From assembly GCA_045837725.1 (NCBI GenBank), contig JBEWZL010000209.1, forward strand, positions 1 through 64,000: DNA of 64,000 nucleotides, given 5' to 3'. This document shows, piece after piece, positions 50,112-63,449 of the stretch. Position 1 is the stretch's first letter, and each line of letters begins with the position of its first letter. This stretch comes from Vermamoeba vermiformis. Its lineage: Eukaryota. The notes below the pieces were generated by a model. The model was not told the DNA's origin. It made no database searches and was given only the letters and a program-made list of their open reading frames with translations. The translations under genes and the position numbers were made by a program.

Positions 50112-50805
50112 ATGTCAAAGGTAAACTCTAATTAGCCACGAATTTATTGATAAAAAGTATATTAATTCCTAATTATATGTATAGAATATTTGGAGTAGTG
50201 TAGCCATAACAGTAGCCCTAATATTCTCTTCCGCAATCTTCGGTGCCGAATCTACTTGGCTTTTGGAGAGGAATTGCAACGGCACCACTATAGCTGGGTG
50301 GGGTGTCTACCTCAATGGTGAATGCGGTAATAGCGACTTTGGCAATCCTGGCTACGGCACGTGTTCCAGCTCGACATTTACGGCCTTCGATTGCCGCGGA
50401 TCTGCTTCCTGTTCTTCTTCATCGTGCACCGCGACGCATGTAACACCATTAGATGTGTGCACTAAAGATAACACCTACTACACGTGCTCTACTAACGATC
50501 CCGATTACTCTTCGTTCGGATCGAGCTACGCAGTCGCGGATGTTTACTCCATGAACGACTGCATCGGCACACCTACAACCATCGTGGCAGGCATATTGAA
50601 CAAGTGCTTGAACTCGCCAGTGAGTGCTGTCAGCTCGTTCAGCTCCGTGTACATCACGTGCTCGAAGGACGGTGTCGCGCAAGTAACGACCTATCAACAG
50701 CGCGATTGTCAACAGCCCATCTCCAGCCCGCTGCAAATCAACACCAACACGTGCACTGACACGCACATTTATCCGCCTTTCTCTGTCTCGTGCTACGGCG
50801 TCTAA
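50112..50805 (+). CDS. Small secreted Cys-rich protein with two internal repeats
   Basis: MSK micro-exon plus signal peptide, followed by Cys-rich ORF 50263..50805. Confidence 0.7.
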
Positions 50806-50991
50806 ATAAACGGACTTACTTGGCTTACATTCTCCGATCCTTTCTTAGGTGAAGGAAAACTTCCTGTGTAATGTCGTATTTCAGTTCTTACTCGGCTCAT
50901 TGGAAGGGATCGCTATCATGAACCTTTGACACGATGAAATTGACCAATCAACTTCAATGATCAATGTTTATTTTGCAGCACCAATTGTGAC

Positions 50992-52715
50992 TTAGAACAA
51001 AGTGAGAACTAGTGCTAAACTGGCCACAGATGAAATGACCGAAGCGCTGCTGACAGTGTTAGTTCCGGGAGTGACTGTAATTGCAGGAACAGCTGAAGGC
51101 GGAACAGGGCAGGCCAGAGTTGAAGAGCACGTGACTGTGGGTGACAAAACTCTGTCGAACTCGAAAGTCACTGCCAACGAATTGTTTTTGTATGCGAGGC
51201 CCGAAACTGATGCTTTAACATCATATCCACTGCACTGATTGATCTCGAATGCATCGGTGTTTGACACGTCAAATTGACAGGTTGACACTTCGACATCAAA
51301 ACACGTGGCATTGATGGGTGCAAAGAGGCAACGAGGCACAGTGTAGAAATGATAGCTCACGACGCTGTTGGCGTAGGTTGCAAGTGTTGCTACGACGTGG
51401 TTGTTAGTGACACCAACGGCAGTACCAAAGCTACCGAAGTCGGGAGTGTGAGCCGTTGCTAGCGCGTTCCACGTGTTGTTGGTACGGCGAACGACCAATA
51501 AGTTTCCGAGGGCCTCATTAGCGACACCCTGCACTGGCGCATTGATCACGACCGTGTTGGCATCGATCGCTGCAATTCCACCGCCGATGCCAAGGTTTAA
51601 CTGAGTACTAGTAAGACCGACTTCATAGCCAGTGATGATTTGGTACTTCCACTCGTCGTTGACCTTGGTGGTGAACACGATGAAGCCAGGTGTGGGCGTG
51701 TTGTTGAAAGTGGAGTGTGAATAGACTACAATCAGCGAGTCGTAGCCGTTGTAGTATATACTGAACGATGAAACCACTTGAATGACAGGCGGGGCAAAGA
51801 CAAAAGTGTCGTTCAACAGCCAGGAGCCATCCGGTTGACGGGCGTGGATCAAGCAGCGAACATTTTGCGAGACGTTGAAGAAGACCAAGAAATTGTCGCT
51901 GATATGAACGACCTTGTCTTCGCTACTAGAACCGAGAAAACTCAGAGCGGCTAATTTTTTCGGGAGTGGAATCCACGATCCGTTGGACTGCAACACGAGG
52001 GAAGTGAAGTTGTTCGTCTGATCCAAGAACACAATCGTGTCGTCTGATAGCAGAGTAGTGTACTGCATCGATGTTTGTTGAATGGTAGTGAAGTTAACCA
52101 CGTTGTCGTTCGCATCCAGCCTGAACAACTCGATAACGGGTTCGGCACTTGATTGTCCTCCCATCCACTTGCCGTTATTGAAAACTGCAACAGGGAAGGG
52201 GCTTTGCGTAGGAACAGTGGCCACTTTGGCGTATTGGCCGTTCTTTTCACGATACACAAACCAAGCAGATGCAGAATTGTTTGTCGAATCCAGATAGGTA
52301 CCCCAAGTAACCACCGTATCGCCATGGAAAGCAGTTCTATAATATGGATAGTAGAGACCATTGAAGCCTTGGGAGTTGTTTAAAGCTTGCAAGCTCTATG
52401 AAAAATGTATTAGGCAACGGATTTAAAAACGGTTGAAATGTATAAAAACTGCGCAATAAAATTAAATAAAAAATCCTCCAGAATGGTGATGTGATCTTAT
52501 TTTGGCCTACCGCCCGATGAAAGCGATTTTTTCTTGATTGTTCTATCAAATCAAAAATATTCGAGTTATGATTAGGCAGTTAACAGGTTAAATAACAAGT
52601 CTTTTGTCCAGTAAAGCTCCTGAAACAGGTTTAAAAATATAGTATTACGTACGACAAGATCAGCTGCAACATAAACGGAAAGTGAAGCAAGGAACAAAAT
52701 AAATAATTTCAACAT
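50992..52715 (-). CDS. Secreted, probably GPI-anchored beta-rich (propeller-like) surface protein
   Basis: Signal exon MLKLFILFLASLSVYVAADLV spliced to ORF 50992..52392, FG-GAP-like SFGTAVGV, an S/T linker and a hydrophobic C-terminus. Confidence 0.7.
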
Positions 52716-53589
52716 TCTTGATCCAATCTCAACAAAAAAAAATGCTTTTGTTGTTGTTGGTTCGATTGAAACACAATAAATAATTCTTGCAGCTTGATAG
52801 GCTTTTATATTTAATGGCGGCGCACAGTGACACTTTGACATAATCTCCGCGTTATATCTGCCGTTGTACTGGTGCACTTATCAATCAATTGCTGATTCTG
52901 CATCGTTGCTGTACACCAATTCATTAATTTCTCATAATATTTGCATTAAGATCAACGGTATAATATGATTTTAAGTATTTTTCAAAGAATTATCGGTGCA
53001 ACAAAACTAACGCCCGGATGTATTTCCGTTTCAACCGGGGATAGCGGTATTGTTTTTCGCAAAGACTGTACGAATACACGTTGCGAACGCACAAGAACAG
53101 AATTCCAGGGTTTCTTGAACATTTGGGATTAATCGCACCGGAATACAGTTGACTATTGAACGACTGTCAACGTGTGTACGACTCGTGCACAATAGTCCAC
53201 GTAATAAACTCAATCAAGACTATGCGTAGTTGGAAATCAGCATAGTCAGCTATTTACAACTGTTGCTACGGACAGTACAACGAGTTGCAAAAGCTTGGAA
53301 TTCCACCGAGTCCTGTCACCTGTCATATTAAATCATTCATCGTCACGTGACTGACATTCCCGGAGTATTCCTTTAATTAGTCTTAGCTAGCGATCAGATT
53401 TCTTGTAGCAGTAGTAAGATATTACATTCTGAAAATACTAATTAAAGTCTGCAAACAGATCAGGAAACGAAACTACAGCCAACCCCTAATATTTAAATCT
53501 CGTTTGCATCTTCGCGTTTACGATGGCCCAAAATTAATATAATTAACCTTTAAATATATAACATTACGCACCAATTCCTCGCAAATACT

Positions 53590-55847
53590 TTAAAGTTTTC
53601 TTGGCGTCAAATGAACAAACAAGCCAGTCCTATTGGATTGAGTTATTAATACTATTAATATAATTATTGGTCCTTACTTTGGCTTTTGAGTGGTTGCAAA
53701 GAACGGAACTACTTCTCGACTCGGATCCAATTTCCAGTCAAAGTACTTGGCCAATGTACTCAGCACTGCGCGCATCTCAATCTTTGCAAAGGTCTGGCCG
53801 ATACCTGAAGTAACAACAACGATGGTGTCAAACAACAACGACGATGATGATATCTTTTGATGACACGTGTCACTCACAGTTTCTGGGACCAGCACTGAAC
53901 GGCAGGAACTTGGGGTAATGTGATTGGTTGTTGGCGAAGCGCTCGGGGTCAAATTTTTCGTGCTATTAACGCACGTTAGTACCGTCAAGTATTTGCTAGC
54001 ATTTACGTACATCAGCAAAACTGCGTTCATTGTGATTGAGCAGGTGAAGAGGTACCCACACAGAAGTGCCTTTGGGAATGAAATACTCGCCGAATTGAAC
54101 GTCCTTTGTTAACTCTCGCACTGATTGACCATTATTAGTACAAAAGATACCACGGACTGCATTAATTGGCACTTACACGACCCACCAGGCGCGACACTCA
54201 TGAGCCGCATGCTCTCTTTCACCACCATATCTAGCACTGTCATTTGCGACAAGTCATCGTACGAGGGATAGTCCTTGTTTTGCAGCACCTAACATTAGAA
54301 GGGTTAATTGCCGGGTACATTAAAGTCGCGTACAGTGTCCATTTCGTTTTGCACTCTCTTCTGCCACATCGGGTGTTGGCAAAGATGATACACGGCCCAC
54401 GTCATTGCTGTGGAGAATAGATTATGACACGTGTCAAGTATTCAAGTGACATTTTGACACTTACAGTGCGCGGTAGTCTCGTGACCAGCGACTAAGAAAG
54501 TAACATTTTCGCTGATAATCTCTTCCTCGGTCATCTTCTTGCCAGTCTCGGGGTCCTCAGCTTTGATCATCATGTTCAACAGATCGTTCTTGGTGGCCAA
54601 GGCCTCAGGGTTGTTACGCCTGTCGTCCAAACACTTCAATGCCAAACCACGCACCATCTTTTTAGCCTTTTGAAGTCGCATGTTCGCGAAGATATTTAAT
54701 CGGTGGCCAATAGGATTCACTGAACGGCGCTCGACTTCGTGCAACAACATCGACATGGCTTCAAGCGCGTCTTTATTGGCACCGTGTAGTGCATGGTAAT
54801 TGACGCCGAATGCAGCTGATGTCAAAATGTCCTGAGAATGACACGTGTCAACAAGTGACCAGCAAATAATGTCGATGAAAAGGAACTTACAAGTGCTACC
54901 TTCTGCAAAATGTCATTGATGTTGATTGGTGTTTTGGTTGAATCGTGTTCGAGCAAATATTTCTTGAGCGCACCGAGCTCTTCGACCATCAGCGGGTACA
55001 TGCCTTTAATAGCAGTGGTGCTGAACATGGGGTTCATCAACTTGCGCTGTCGGTGCCAGTATTCACCTGCAAATGAAGCATAAACAAGACATTACTAACA
55101 TCAGCAGCCTCGTACCATCAGACAGGAACACATCGTTGTCGTTCACAATTCTGAACGGATCGTACATCGCTCCTTTGCGGTCGAATGATAGTGCCTCGGC
55201 AATGTACTATACGAAACATGATATTAGCAATCTATGAATGCCGATCCGAGTGAGCTCGCTAAATCCGGATGCAGATCCAAATTCTTTAGTCCTACGGTGG
55301 ACAATAAATACAATAGACGTACCTTAGGATCAGTGACCATCACTACGTCATTAGTTAACAGTCCTCGTCTAATGAGAATCATATCGCCGTAATGCGCGTG
55401 AAGTTGCTCGAAGCTGTACATCGGATTGCCTTCTTCTTGATCCGTGGCCAGCAGCGCGAGACCTCCGACAATAGCACTCGTGGGATAGGGGCCTATAAGA
55501 GCAATGCCATAATGAGCAAGTTATTGAGATCGAGATCGACGATGTACAAAAATTTTAGGCTAAGAGGGAGTCTAAATTCATAATGCAAATATAATCGTAT
55601 TATCGCTCTTTACCTGGAATATTTTTCTTCCATTTGGGCTCAAAGGCAACCAACTAAGATAAGTTGTTAAAATTGAACTAAATTATAACAAATATTTGGT
55701 AGCCAATTATCATAAATAAAATACTACGAATGCAATTATTGGAAGATGATGATATATAATTTGAATACTTACCAGCCAAATAATTATTTTTGGCAGCACG
55801 AAGTATAAAAATACAATTCCGCCCAGACCAATAAGTAGTGGCGACAT
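53590..55847 (-). CDS. Cytochrome P450 (paralog 2 of 43824-46135)
   Basis: Same exon layout as paralog 1, with LVAGHETT, KESMR, FDPERF and FLPFSAGPRNCIG. Confidence 0.92.
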
Positions 55848-56001
55848 TTCTGAGTACGAGTGTATAAATATTATGTGTACAATGCAATTTATGTCGCTCT
55901 CATAAGAGATTGGTCTGGTGTTGGTTTCAGTTTCAAAAAAATGTTTAATGATCACAACACGCACGAACATTTCTTTTATTTTGGCTCAACAGTGCTTAAT
56001 A

Positions 56002-58774
56002 ATGACAATGGAACATATTAATAATAGTATGAGCACAAGCGGAGAGGATCACGCAACGTAAGAGCATCCTTTTTTTCGAAAACTCGTAGGCCTGGTTGGA
56101 TTATTTAATCTAATATTCCATATGCTTATAATTAAATTAGCATTTCGCGGTACAAGTTTTAATCCTCGCAATTATCATTATAAATTAAGCGCGGGAAATC
56201 TATTTTTCGATCGAGGTCTCGTGCTCGAGTTTTGATTTGTGTTGACGTCAGACACGTTATTTTATCCCCTAATATTTATTACTCGTACCACAAATGGCAG
56301 AGCTATTATCTAAGGTACTGTACACGTTTAATCAGATGTGACGAACACTTTACTAACCAAACCTTGCTTGCACAGGAAGCTCTCGAAATAAGATCGCTAA
56401 CTCATCACCTTGAACAAGAGAAGCTTCTTAATTTAGTAAGGGTCATTGAAAACAAATCAAATGCTGCTTATTCATTTGGATCGGTTGAAATTTATGAAAT
56501 TCTCTAAATTAGCAGATAGTTACTAATTGTCTAATGATAATTAATACAGAACCTAACTCAACAACTGCATTTGACGCAAGATCGATTGCAAGAATTTGAG
56601 AGAACAAATGAAGAAAATCGGATCTTGTATCAACGTACGGTGGAATACGGCAAAGAAATTCAAACAATTAAAGAAAATGCGTCCAAGACAATAGAGGTAA
56701 TATTAAATGCACCATATTAAGCCCGTTTATATTCATCTAATTACACCAAAGATTGAAATTGATTTTTTTTGGATCTGATAATTCCGTCTAAAATTGAATT
56801 AATACTTTGGTATTACCGACACCAATCCTCGTATCAACTTACATTCTATTCAATGCGTTAATAAATTCCAAAATCTTTTTTGCTATTTTTGGGATTTAAC
56901 CTTTTAAGGCAATAAATTGACTGGCAATACTTCGTAGCGTGCTACGGCACTGAGCGGACAATACGCAGAGACTATATATAAGCTAGTAGAAGATAAGGAA
57001 CAGTTGCTAGACGATATTGAGCAGATGAAAAATGAGCGAAAAGAAGATCAGAAAATATTTGAAAAATCATCGGACGAGAGCGATCAAAGACTACAAGTAC
57101 GTAAATATACAACTAATATTACAACTATATATCATTAAAATATCACAATATTGCAGCGAGTAGAGGAGGAAAAGAAGCGCGTTGAAGTGACCAATGCAGA
57201 GCTGTTAGAGTCAATTGAGCACTTAAAACAGTCGTTAAATTCCACAAAATTAGAGAACGAGAAGTTAAATTGCGATTTTGAACTAGAAAAATCCAATTTG
57301 AATAAGAAAATACAAGATCAGGTACGCAATCATAACATTACTTCGCGCATATAAATAAGAATCCTTAAGCGGTACTAATATTATTGTTGTTAATAGGATG
57401 ACTCGTATTCGGAGTTAAAGGGTATTTTGGGTCAAAAAGAGCAAGAGAATAAGAAATTGAATGAAGAGCTGAGCAATACTAAAGTCAGCATGGAACAAAT
57501 TAAAGTTAATTTCAACCAGTTAAATACTGCTTATAAGGTACGTCTATGTTATTCCTAAATCGTCATAATAGTAGCCGATGATACAACGCGGATCTGACCT
57601 TGCTTTAAATCCAGAAAACGGTGGGCGATAAGAAAGAAGTAAAATCGACGCTGCAAGAAAAATCAGCTGAATATCAAAAACTTAAAGAAGACAACGAGAA
57701 GTTCGCGGCACAAATAGCGGATCTGCAACAAAAACTCGAAGAAGAAATCAAGAATCATTCGGCGACGACAAATAAGTTCAATGAGCTTACTACGAGCTCT
57801 AATACTGAAATATTGAAGTTAAAGAAGCTCGTTGCAGCATTGAAAGCTGATAGAACCAAGCTGCAAGAAGAGAACAAGCAGATCGAAGTGCTCAAACTAG
57901 ACCTGAGCAGATCTGAACAAAACGAACGCGATCGAAGTGAAGAGTTGAATACATTACAGTCTCGATATGATAACGATCTTAAGGAATTGGCCATTACTAA
58001 GAACAAGTAAGTTTTTCAAGTGCGCGATCTGCGTAGACCTGGCTCTGGTTCGCAATCTCTTTATAATCCTATCTTATCATAATATTCTAGGCTCAAAGCT
58101 TTAGAAGATGAATATAAAGAGTATAAAGAGAAGACAAACCAAGATCTAGTTCAGACGAAGCACGCCTTGAGCGAAGAACAAACTGCTAAGGCTACCATCG
58201 ATAAGGTATGTATTAGTAAGCTTAAATATATAATTATACGAATTATTTGAACGAAAATTTAATCTCTTAAGCGTGGATTCGAAGTTGAATTCCGTAAGAA
58301 TATAATTATTCTTCTGTATAGTGACTAAAATTATTGCTATTAGGAATTAAAGAGTTTAAAAACGCAAATAAGCAAGACCAAACAAAGCGAGGTCTATTTG
58401 CGCGAGCAGATGACCAAACTCGAAAACAAAAACTCGCAGCTAGCCAAGCTCAATATGGAACTCAATGCTAAGCTAGTAAAAATGAATAATAATGGCCCAT
58501 CGGGCACCACAAAGTCTCCTGCAGGCTCTAGTACTGGTACGTTGTCAAATCTGCGAATTCTTTGTTTTTGATCGACTAAGTTTTGATTTGTTTCTCCTGT
58601 TGGAACCTTCTGATCGTTATCATAATGACACTTATATTCACATTTACATATGTAGCTGCATCGCGCCTAACTAGAGAGAATTCGACCAAAAAAAGCGGCG
58701 AGGCAGTCAAACCACAAAACGGATCTGCAGCACCTGAAGGCGGTACGAGCCTAAGCGACTCAAAATCTGAATAA
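56002..58774 (+). CDS. Long coiled-coil protein (many exons; start uncertain)
   Basis: Successive E/K/Q/L-rich heptad exons (e.g. ORFs 57151..57354 and 57621..58010) bounded by GT-AG. Confidence 0.65.
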
Positions 58775-59131
58775 ATTCCCCGCATTGTATTATATGACAC
58801 TAAAGAAGAATTGATCCGATTGTTGGAAAGACCGGATGGACTGACAATACAAATCCGGTTGTTGCCGTTCAATTAAGTTCCAAAAGATAATTGTTAAGGT
58901 ATATATCTCGAATGCGAATCATATTTACCTTGGTAGCTTGTTAGTCAAGCCATTCCATATTTAGGCGAATCACTCATGTTTTGTCGGTCGCAAATCAAAA
59001 GTATCACAAATGCTAGCCAAAATCATTAGATCAACACATCAAACGAACCAACAATAATAAATTGGCGAAAATGACCGTAGTTTATGGTATTAAAACGAGC
59101 GCAGGAATAGACGCAAATATCTTCCAGCAAG

Positions 59132-59770
59132 ATGTCCCTCTCCAAACACGCATGCAGATTCGACCAGTTCAACGCTAAGGACTTATTCAATCGCCGTCGT
59201 TCATATAAACCATTTTCTTATTTTACGGACGACACTTGCGACGATTATTTGCTGGCCCCTGCGTTTCAAATGGAAAGCGAATCAGATTCTGCCTTCAATC
59301 TGGGCTTCACTATCAACCAAATGGAATTGGAACTCGATGATATTATTGTAACAAAAGAAAAACACGAAGAAGAATTGAAGACCATTGAAAAGAAGGAAGA
59401 TGCCTTGCACGAGACACTCGATCCTGAACATTTCAAGCAAGAACTGCGCAAAAAGTACAAAGCCATCCAAGACTGGACAAAAGTGTCAAAGCCAGAAGAA
59501 CGCACGATCTCAGAAGCATTCACACTCTTGTTCGATGCAGATCCCAACCAAGACAAGTGCATCTACGTGCCCAAAGATAAAACTCTCGCTAACTTCGTGG
59601 CCAAGCTGGTGAAGAAGTTACAAATCAAATCTAAGGCTGCAGGACGACCTCCAGGCCCTGGTTCAGATCTTGAAATGATTAAGAAGCTTAAAGACGCTTT
59701 GCGTAAGGCTGGCTGGATGCGAGATGAGACGAGCCATCCGTTGTACTACATTTTCACTCAGTCTCATTAG
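59132..59770 (+). CDS. Hypothetical intronless protein
   Basis: 212-aa ATG-initiated ORF with globular composition; no family recognised. Confidence 0.65.
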   Translation: MSLSKHACRFDQFNAKDLFNRRRSYKPFSYFTDDTCDDYLLAPAFQMESESDSAFNLGFTINQMELELDDIIVTKEKHEEELKTIEKKEDALHETLDPEHFKQELRKKYKAIQDWTKVSKPEERTISEAFTLLFDADPNQDKCIYVPKDKTLANFVAKLVKKLQIKSKAAGRPPGPGSDLEMIKKLKDALRKAGWMRDETSHPLYYIFTQSH

Positions 59771-60194
59771 CAACGACTAGGCGTACTGAAATTATGAAAG
59801 ATAGTGCCTCTTTCAGCGATAGATTTGTACGTGGCGCTATTGATGTAAATAAATTTGAATTCAACTTGAATGAAATTGCTTGATCTCGTACCGCCTGCGA
59901 GAATTAAATATGATGTGACTGTAGCGACTCAACGCACGGCCGTTAAATGATGTCGCACATTTACGCACCACGCCGACAATTACAGTGGAATTTCGGCCTC
60001 GCTAGAATTTTGCCCGTATCTTTTTTTCAATTTTTCACTGCCGCACTCAAGGACAAGCCACAACGCAGTAATATTTTGAATAATATTATTCTTGTAGACT
60101 TTGTCATATTTATCTATTATATTATTTATTTATTTACAAAGAAACGGAAAGCAAGTCCTAACTCATCCGGATCTTGCGATAATAATCATCAACA

Positions 60195-61876
60195 ATGACT
60201 TGGAATATTTTTTGCGTTAGTCTGTGCCTCGTATTAATTATTCAAGGCACTATCGCCGTCGCCCAAACACCCATGGCGATGGGCCCGATGTCGATGGGCG
60301 GAAACGGAGGTCACAATGATACTTGCATTCTCATGCCTACTATGAGTGAATGCGCTAATTTTCATATGCCCGATCCGCGCGGCGATATCACTACTCTTTG
60401 CGGTATGATGTCGAACATGCCCGGATGCAGCATTGACAACATCTGCCACTCCAATGCCAAGCTGCACGAGACAGAATACTGCACTGACTTCAGTATTGTC
60501 AAGAACTTGTGCTCTGATATGCCCAAGATGGACGGCTGCCAAGACTACACCCGCATGTGCGTAAATGGATCCGTCGTCAAGGAATGCGCTACTCCTAGCT
60601 TGCAGACCCCTAAAACTATGTTCTTAATGAGCGCCATTAAGAAGATTTGCACTGAAATGCCCATGGAACAATGCTCCAAGTGCCCTGACAATATGGATTG
60701 CGATCTCTTGGTTGTTTATTCTGGTAAGGCTTAAAATATTTTATTATTTTAAGATAATTATTATTATGAGGCGCTATATATATTGTTTCGCTGTAAGACA
60801 TGCTGGCATCATTTTCTAAAATTCTGAAAAATGGATCTGTCAATTATGAACTGAACTCATTTTCATTTGATCACATTGATTAAAAGTATATTATTACTAT
60901 ATATTCTCTTTTGATCCAAAATTATGACGCGTGCGCTACCTAGCAAATATCGTATACCAGATCAAATTTTCTAATCTGCAATTAGAACTCTGCTACTCTA
61001 TGCCTGATATGGACGGCTGCGCTGAATGGAAGATGATGTGCACTAACACTGCTGCCTCTACTTGGCCCTTCTGCGACTTTTCTTCCGACGACACGAGTTT
61101 GCCTCCGATGCGCATGTGGTTCCACGTAGATGTGAACGAAATCATCTTGTTCAAGCAGTGGATCCCTCGCAATTCCCTCGCCTTTGCCGGCAGTTGGTTC
61201 GCCGTGGCATTGATGGGCTTTGTAGCAGAGTTCTTGCGCTTCTTGCGACAACGCGCGGAGCAGAAGTGGAAACTTCAAAAACTCGGCAAGAACGACACTA
61301 GCTTCGTGTTTGGCGTCGATGTACCTCGCGCTCTCTTCCACACTGCGCAATTAGGCTGGGGCTACATTGTTATGTAAGTTAACTTTGGTTATTGATCGGA
61401 TCCACCAGTCAATTTTGATTTTCTCTTCAATAACGCTTGACTTGATTGCAATGATATCAACGCGTAAATTTATGATTTTATTGTCGGTATTTCAATCGTT
61501 GCAATCCATCTTAATTAACGGACTCGGTATTAAAACTTTTTACGATCCGTTTGTGGATCAAGCAATCAAATCTTTATGTAATTGATGCCGTTGGTATTTA
61601 GTACTAAAATTTCTTATTTACGCTTTTTACTATCATGACGCACTTTAATTAACATTACTGAATGTCGATCGTTTACGATTTGGATCACATCTTGGCTGAC
61701 ACTCCGGTTCTAACCGCTCGTTATTCAATAGGTTGCTTGTTATGACCTATAACGTCGGATTATTCTTCGCGGTCCTTGCCGGCCATTTGTTTGGTTCTTT
61801 GACTTTCGGCAGATTTATGAAAGCGAATCCCGAACCTGAAACAGTGACCGAGGATTGCTGCAGCACCAATCCTTGA
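60195..61876 (+). CDS. Ctr-family copper transporter with Cys/Met-rich ectodomain
   Basis: Signal peptide, repeated CxxM(P/S)xMxGC motifs, MRMWFH, ILFKQW, GYIVMLLVMTYN (MxxxM), GHLFG and a C-terminal CC. Confidence 0.9.
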
Positions 61877-62206
61877 CTAGCTTCCGAAGAAGGAGATAAT
61901 AATAAGGTGCCCTCTAATCCTGACCAAGTTATCTCGATTAAGAAATTAGAAAAAACTAAGCTGATCGAAGAAAGCAGCGATTAAATTACTGCTTAGATTG
62001 ACATGTACATTAATAGTAAATATAGTATCTAGCTTTAGTATAGAATAGGATCGTAAACGCTATCAGCAACTTCAATAATTGAATCACTGCCCGTATCTTT
62101 TTGGTGAACAGCGTAATTACTTCAAATCCGACAAAGTTGATATGAGAATCGAGCGATTACATCGTTATTGGTTTATTACAATCGACCGGTTAATAAATAA
62201 GATGTT

Positions 62207-62929
62207 TTAGTGGAAGAAAGCCAAGATCAAGGCAACAGCGAGCAAAACAAATGAAGGCAAGACGTTCATGCCAGCAGCGAAGCAATTGTCTGAGGCACGA
62301 ATAACACCCGGGAGGTACATCTTGTTCCAGAAGTCTTGAGAGCTATCGTAAACGTTCTGGCAGTAGTTGCTGTTGGAGTTTTGTCTGCAATCTACGGACG
62401 AGTTACCGTTGGTAGCGCATTCCTTGACCTCCAAGCAGGCCTTCTCGAGGGCATCATAGAAGTTGTCGCACAAACGAAGCTTCAAGCCGTCCAAGTAGGT
62501 GGTAAGGAAATCAGGCTTGCAAGTAAGTCCGCAGCTCAACAAACCTTGCAAGTAAGTGCAGGTATCTAATGAAACAGTATTAGCGCATGCATGATTAAAT
62601 ATAATCAAAATAAGAACAAATCAAAGTATATTTCTGGATTATAAAATAAAAAAACCGATCCACACTCACCAGGAACGCGTCTGCAGCCATCGTAGCTAGA
62701 GCAGGTAGTTTCGGTGAAGGTAGCAGGGCAGCAAGTGTCAGAAGCGTATTGAGGGCAGGTAGTAGTAGCCTTACTATTCAATTACAATGAGGTCAGAATC
62801 AATCTGGGGTGCGATCCGGCAAAATGCAACTTACTCGACTGAGAATGAGTTGTAGAGAATCAAGCCGCACTTGCCAGCAAAGGCAGAGAGCACGAGGCAT
62901 GAGAGAACGACTAAAGTAATGGCACGCAT
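62207..62929 (-). CDS. Cys-rich, probably GPI-anchored folate-receptor-like protein
   Basis: Signal peptide, TCPQYASDTCC, LRLCDNFYDALEKAC and a hydrophobic C-terminus. Confidence 0.55.
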
Positions 62930-63449
62930 GACTTGGATCTGATTCGAGTAGAATTGGAATGACCGTTGCAGAAGAAGTTTGATCTTTTCTGTTAATCAAG
63001 CACGTGTTTGCAGGTAAAATCACGTGAGCGTATCAAATTACATAAACTGTGCCAGGGCGGGCCGTTCAGAATCAACGACAACATCCAATTTTGAGGTTGG
63101 TTTTGCGTTGATTCCCAAAAAAACTAACACAAATCATCCGATCCGCGGCTAAATCTCCATCGAGCACAGTGCAGATGAATAACTAAGAGATACCGTGCTT
63201 TGTTGTTCAATGAAATCCGATCTTTTCAACGAAAGAGCTGGAAATGGATCTCAGTTAATTCAATTCTCAACAAGTCAATGTATTGTTACAATGATATGAG
63301 AACCATTCATTCCTGGCCAAAAAGATAATAACTTGTGTAAGTCAGGGCAGTGAAAAAAAAAAACACAAACAACGCGTCGGGCATGATTATCAAAACGCAA
63401 ATTTACAAAAATGTACAATGAATTCAAAATTAGAGCACTAGGATTACAA

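Noticed and set aside
58583-58660. C-terminal TM anchor on the coiled-coil protein
   Set aside because: The hydrophobic stretch falls inside a predicted GT-AG intron (~58538-58654).
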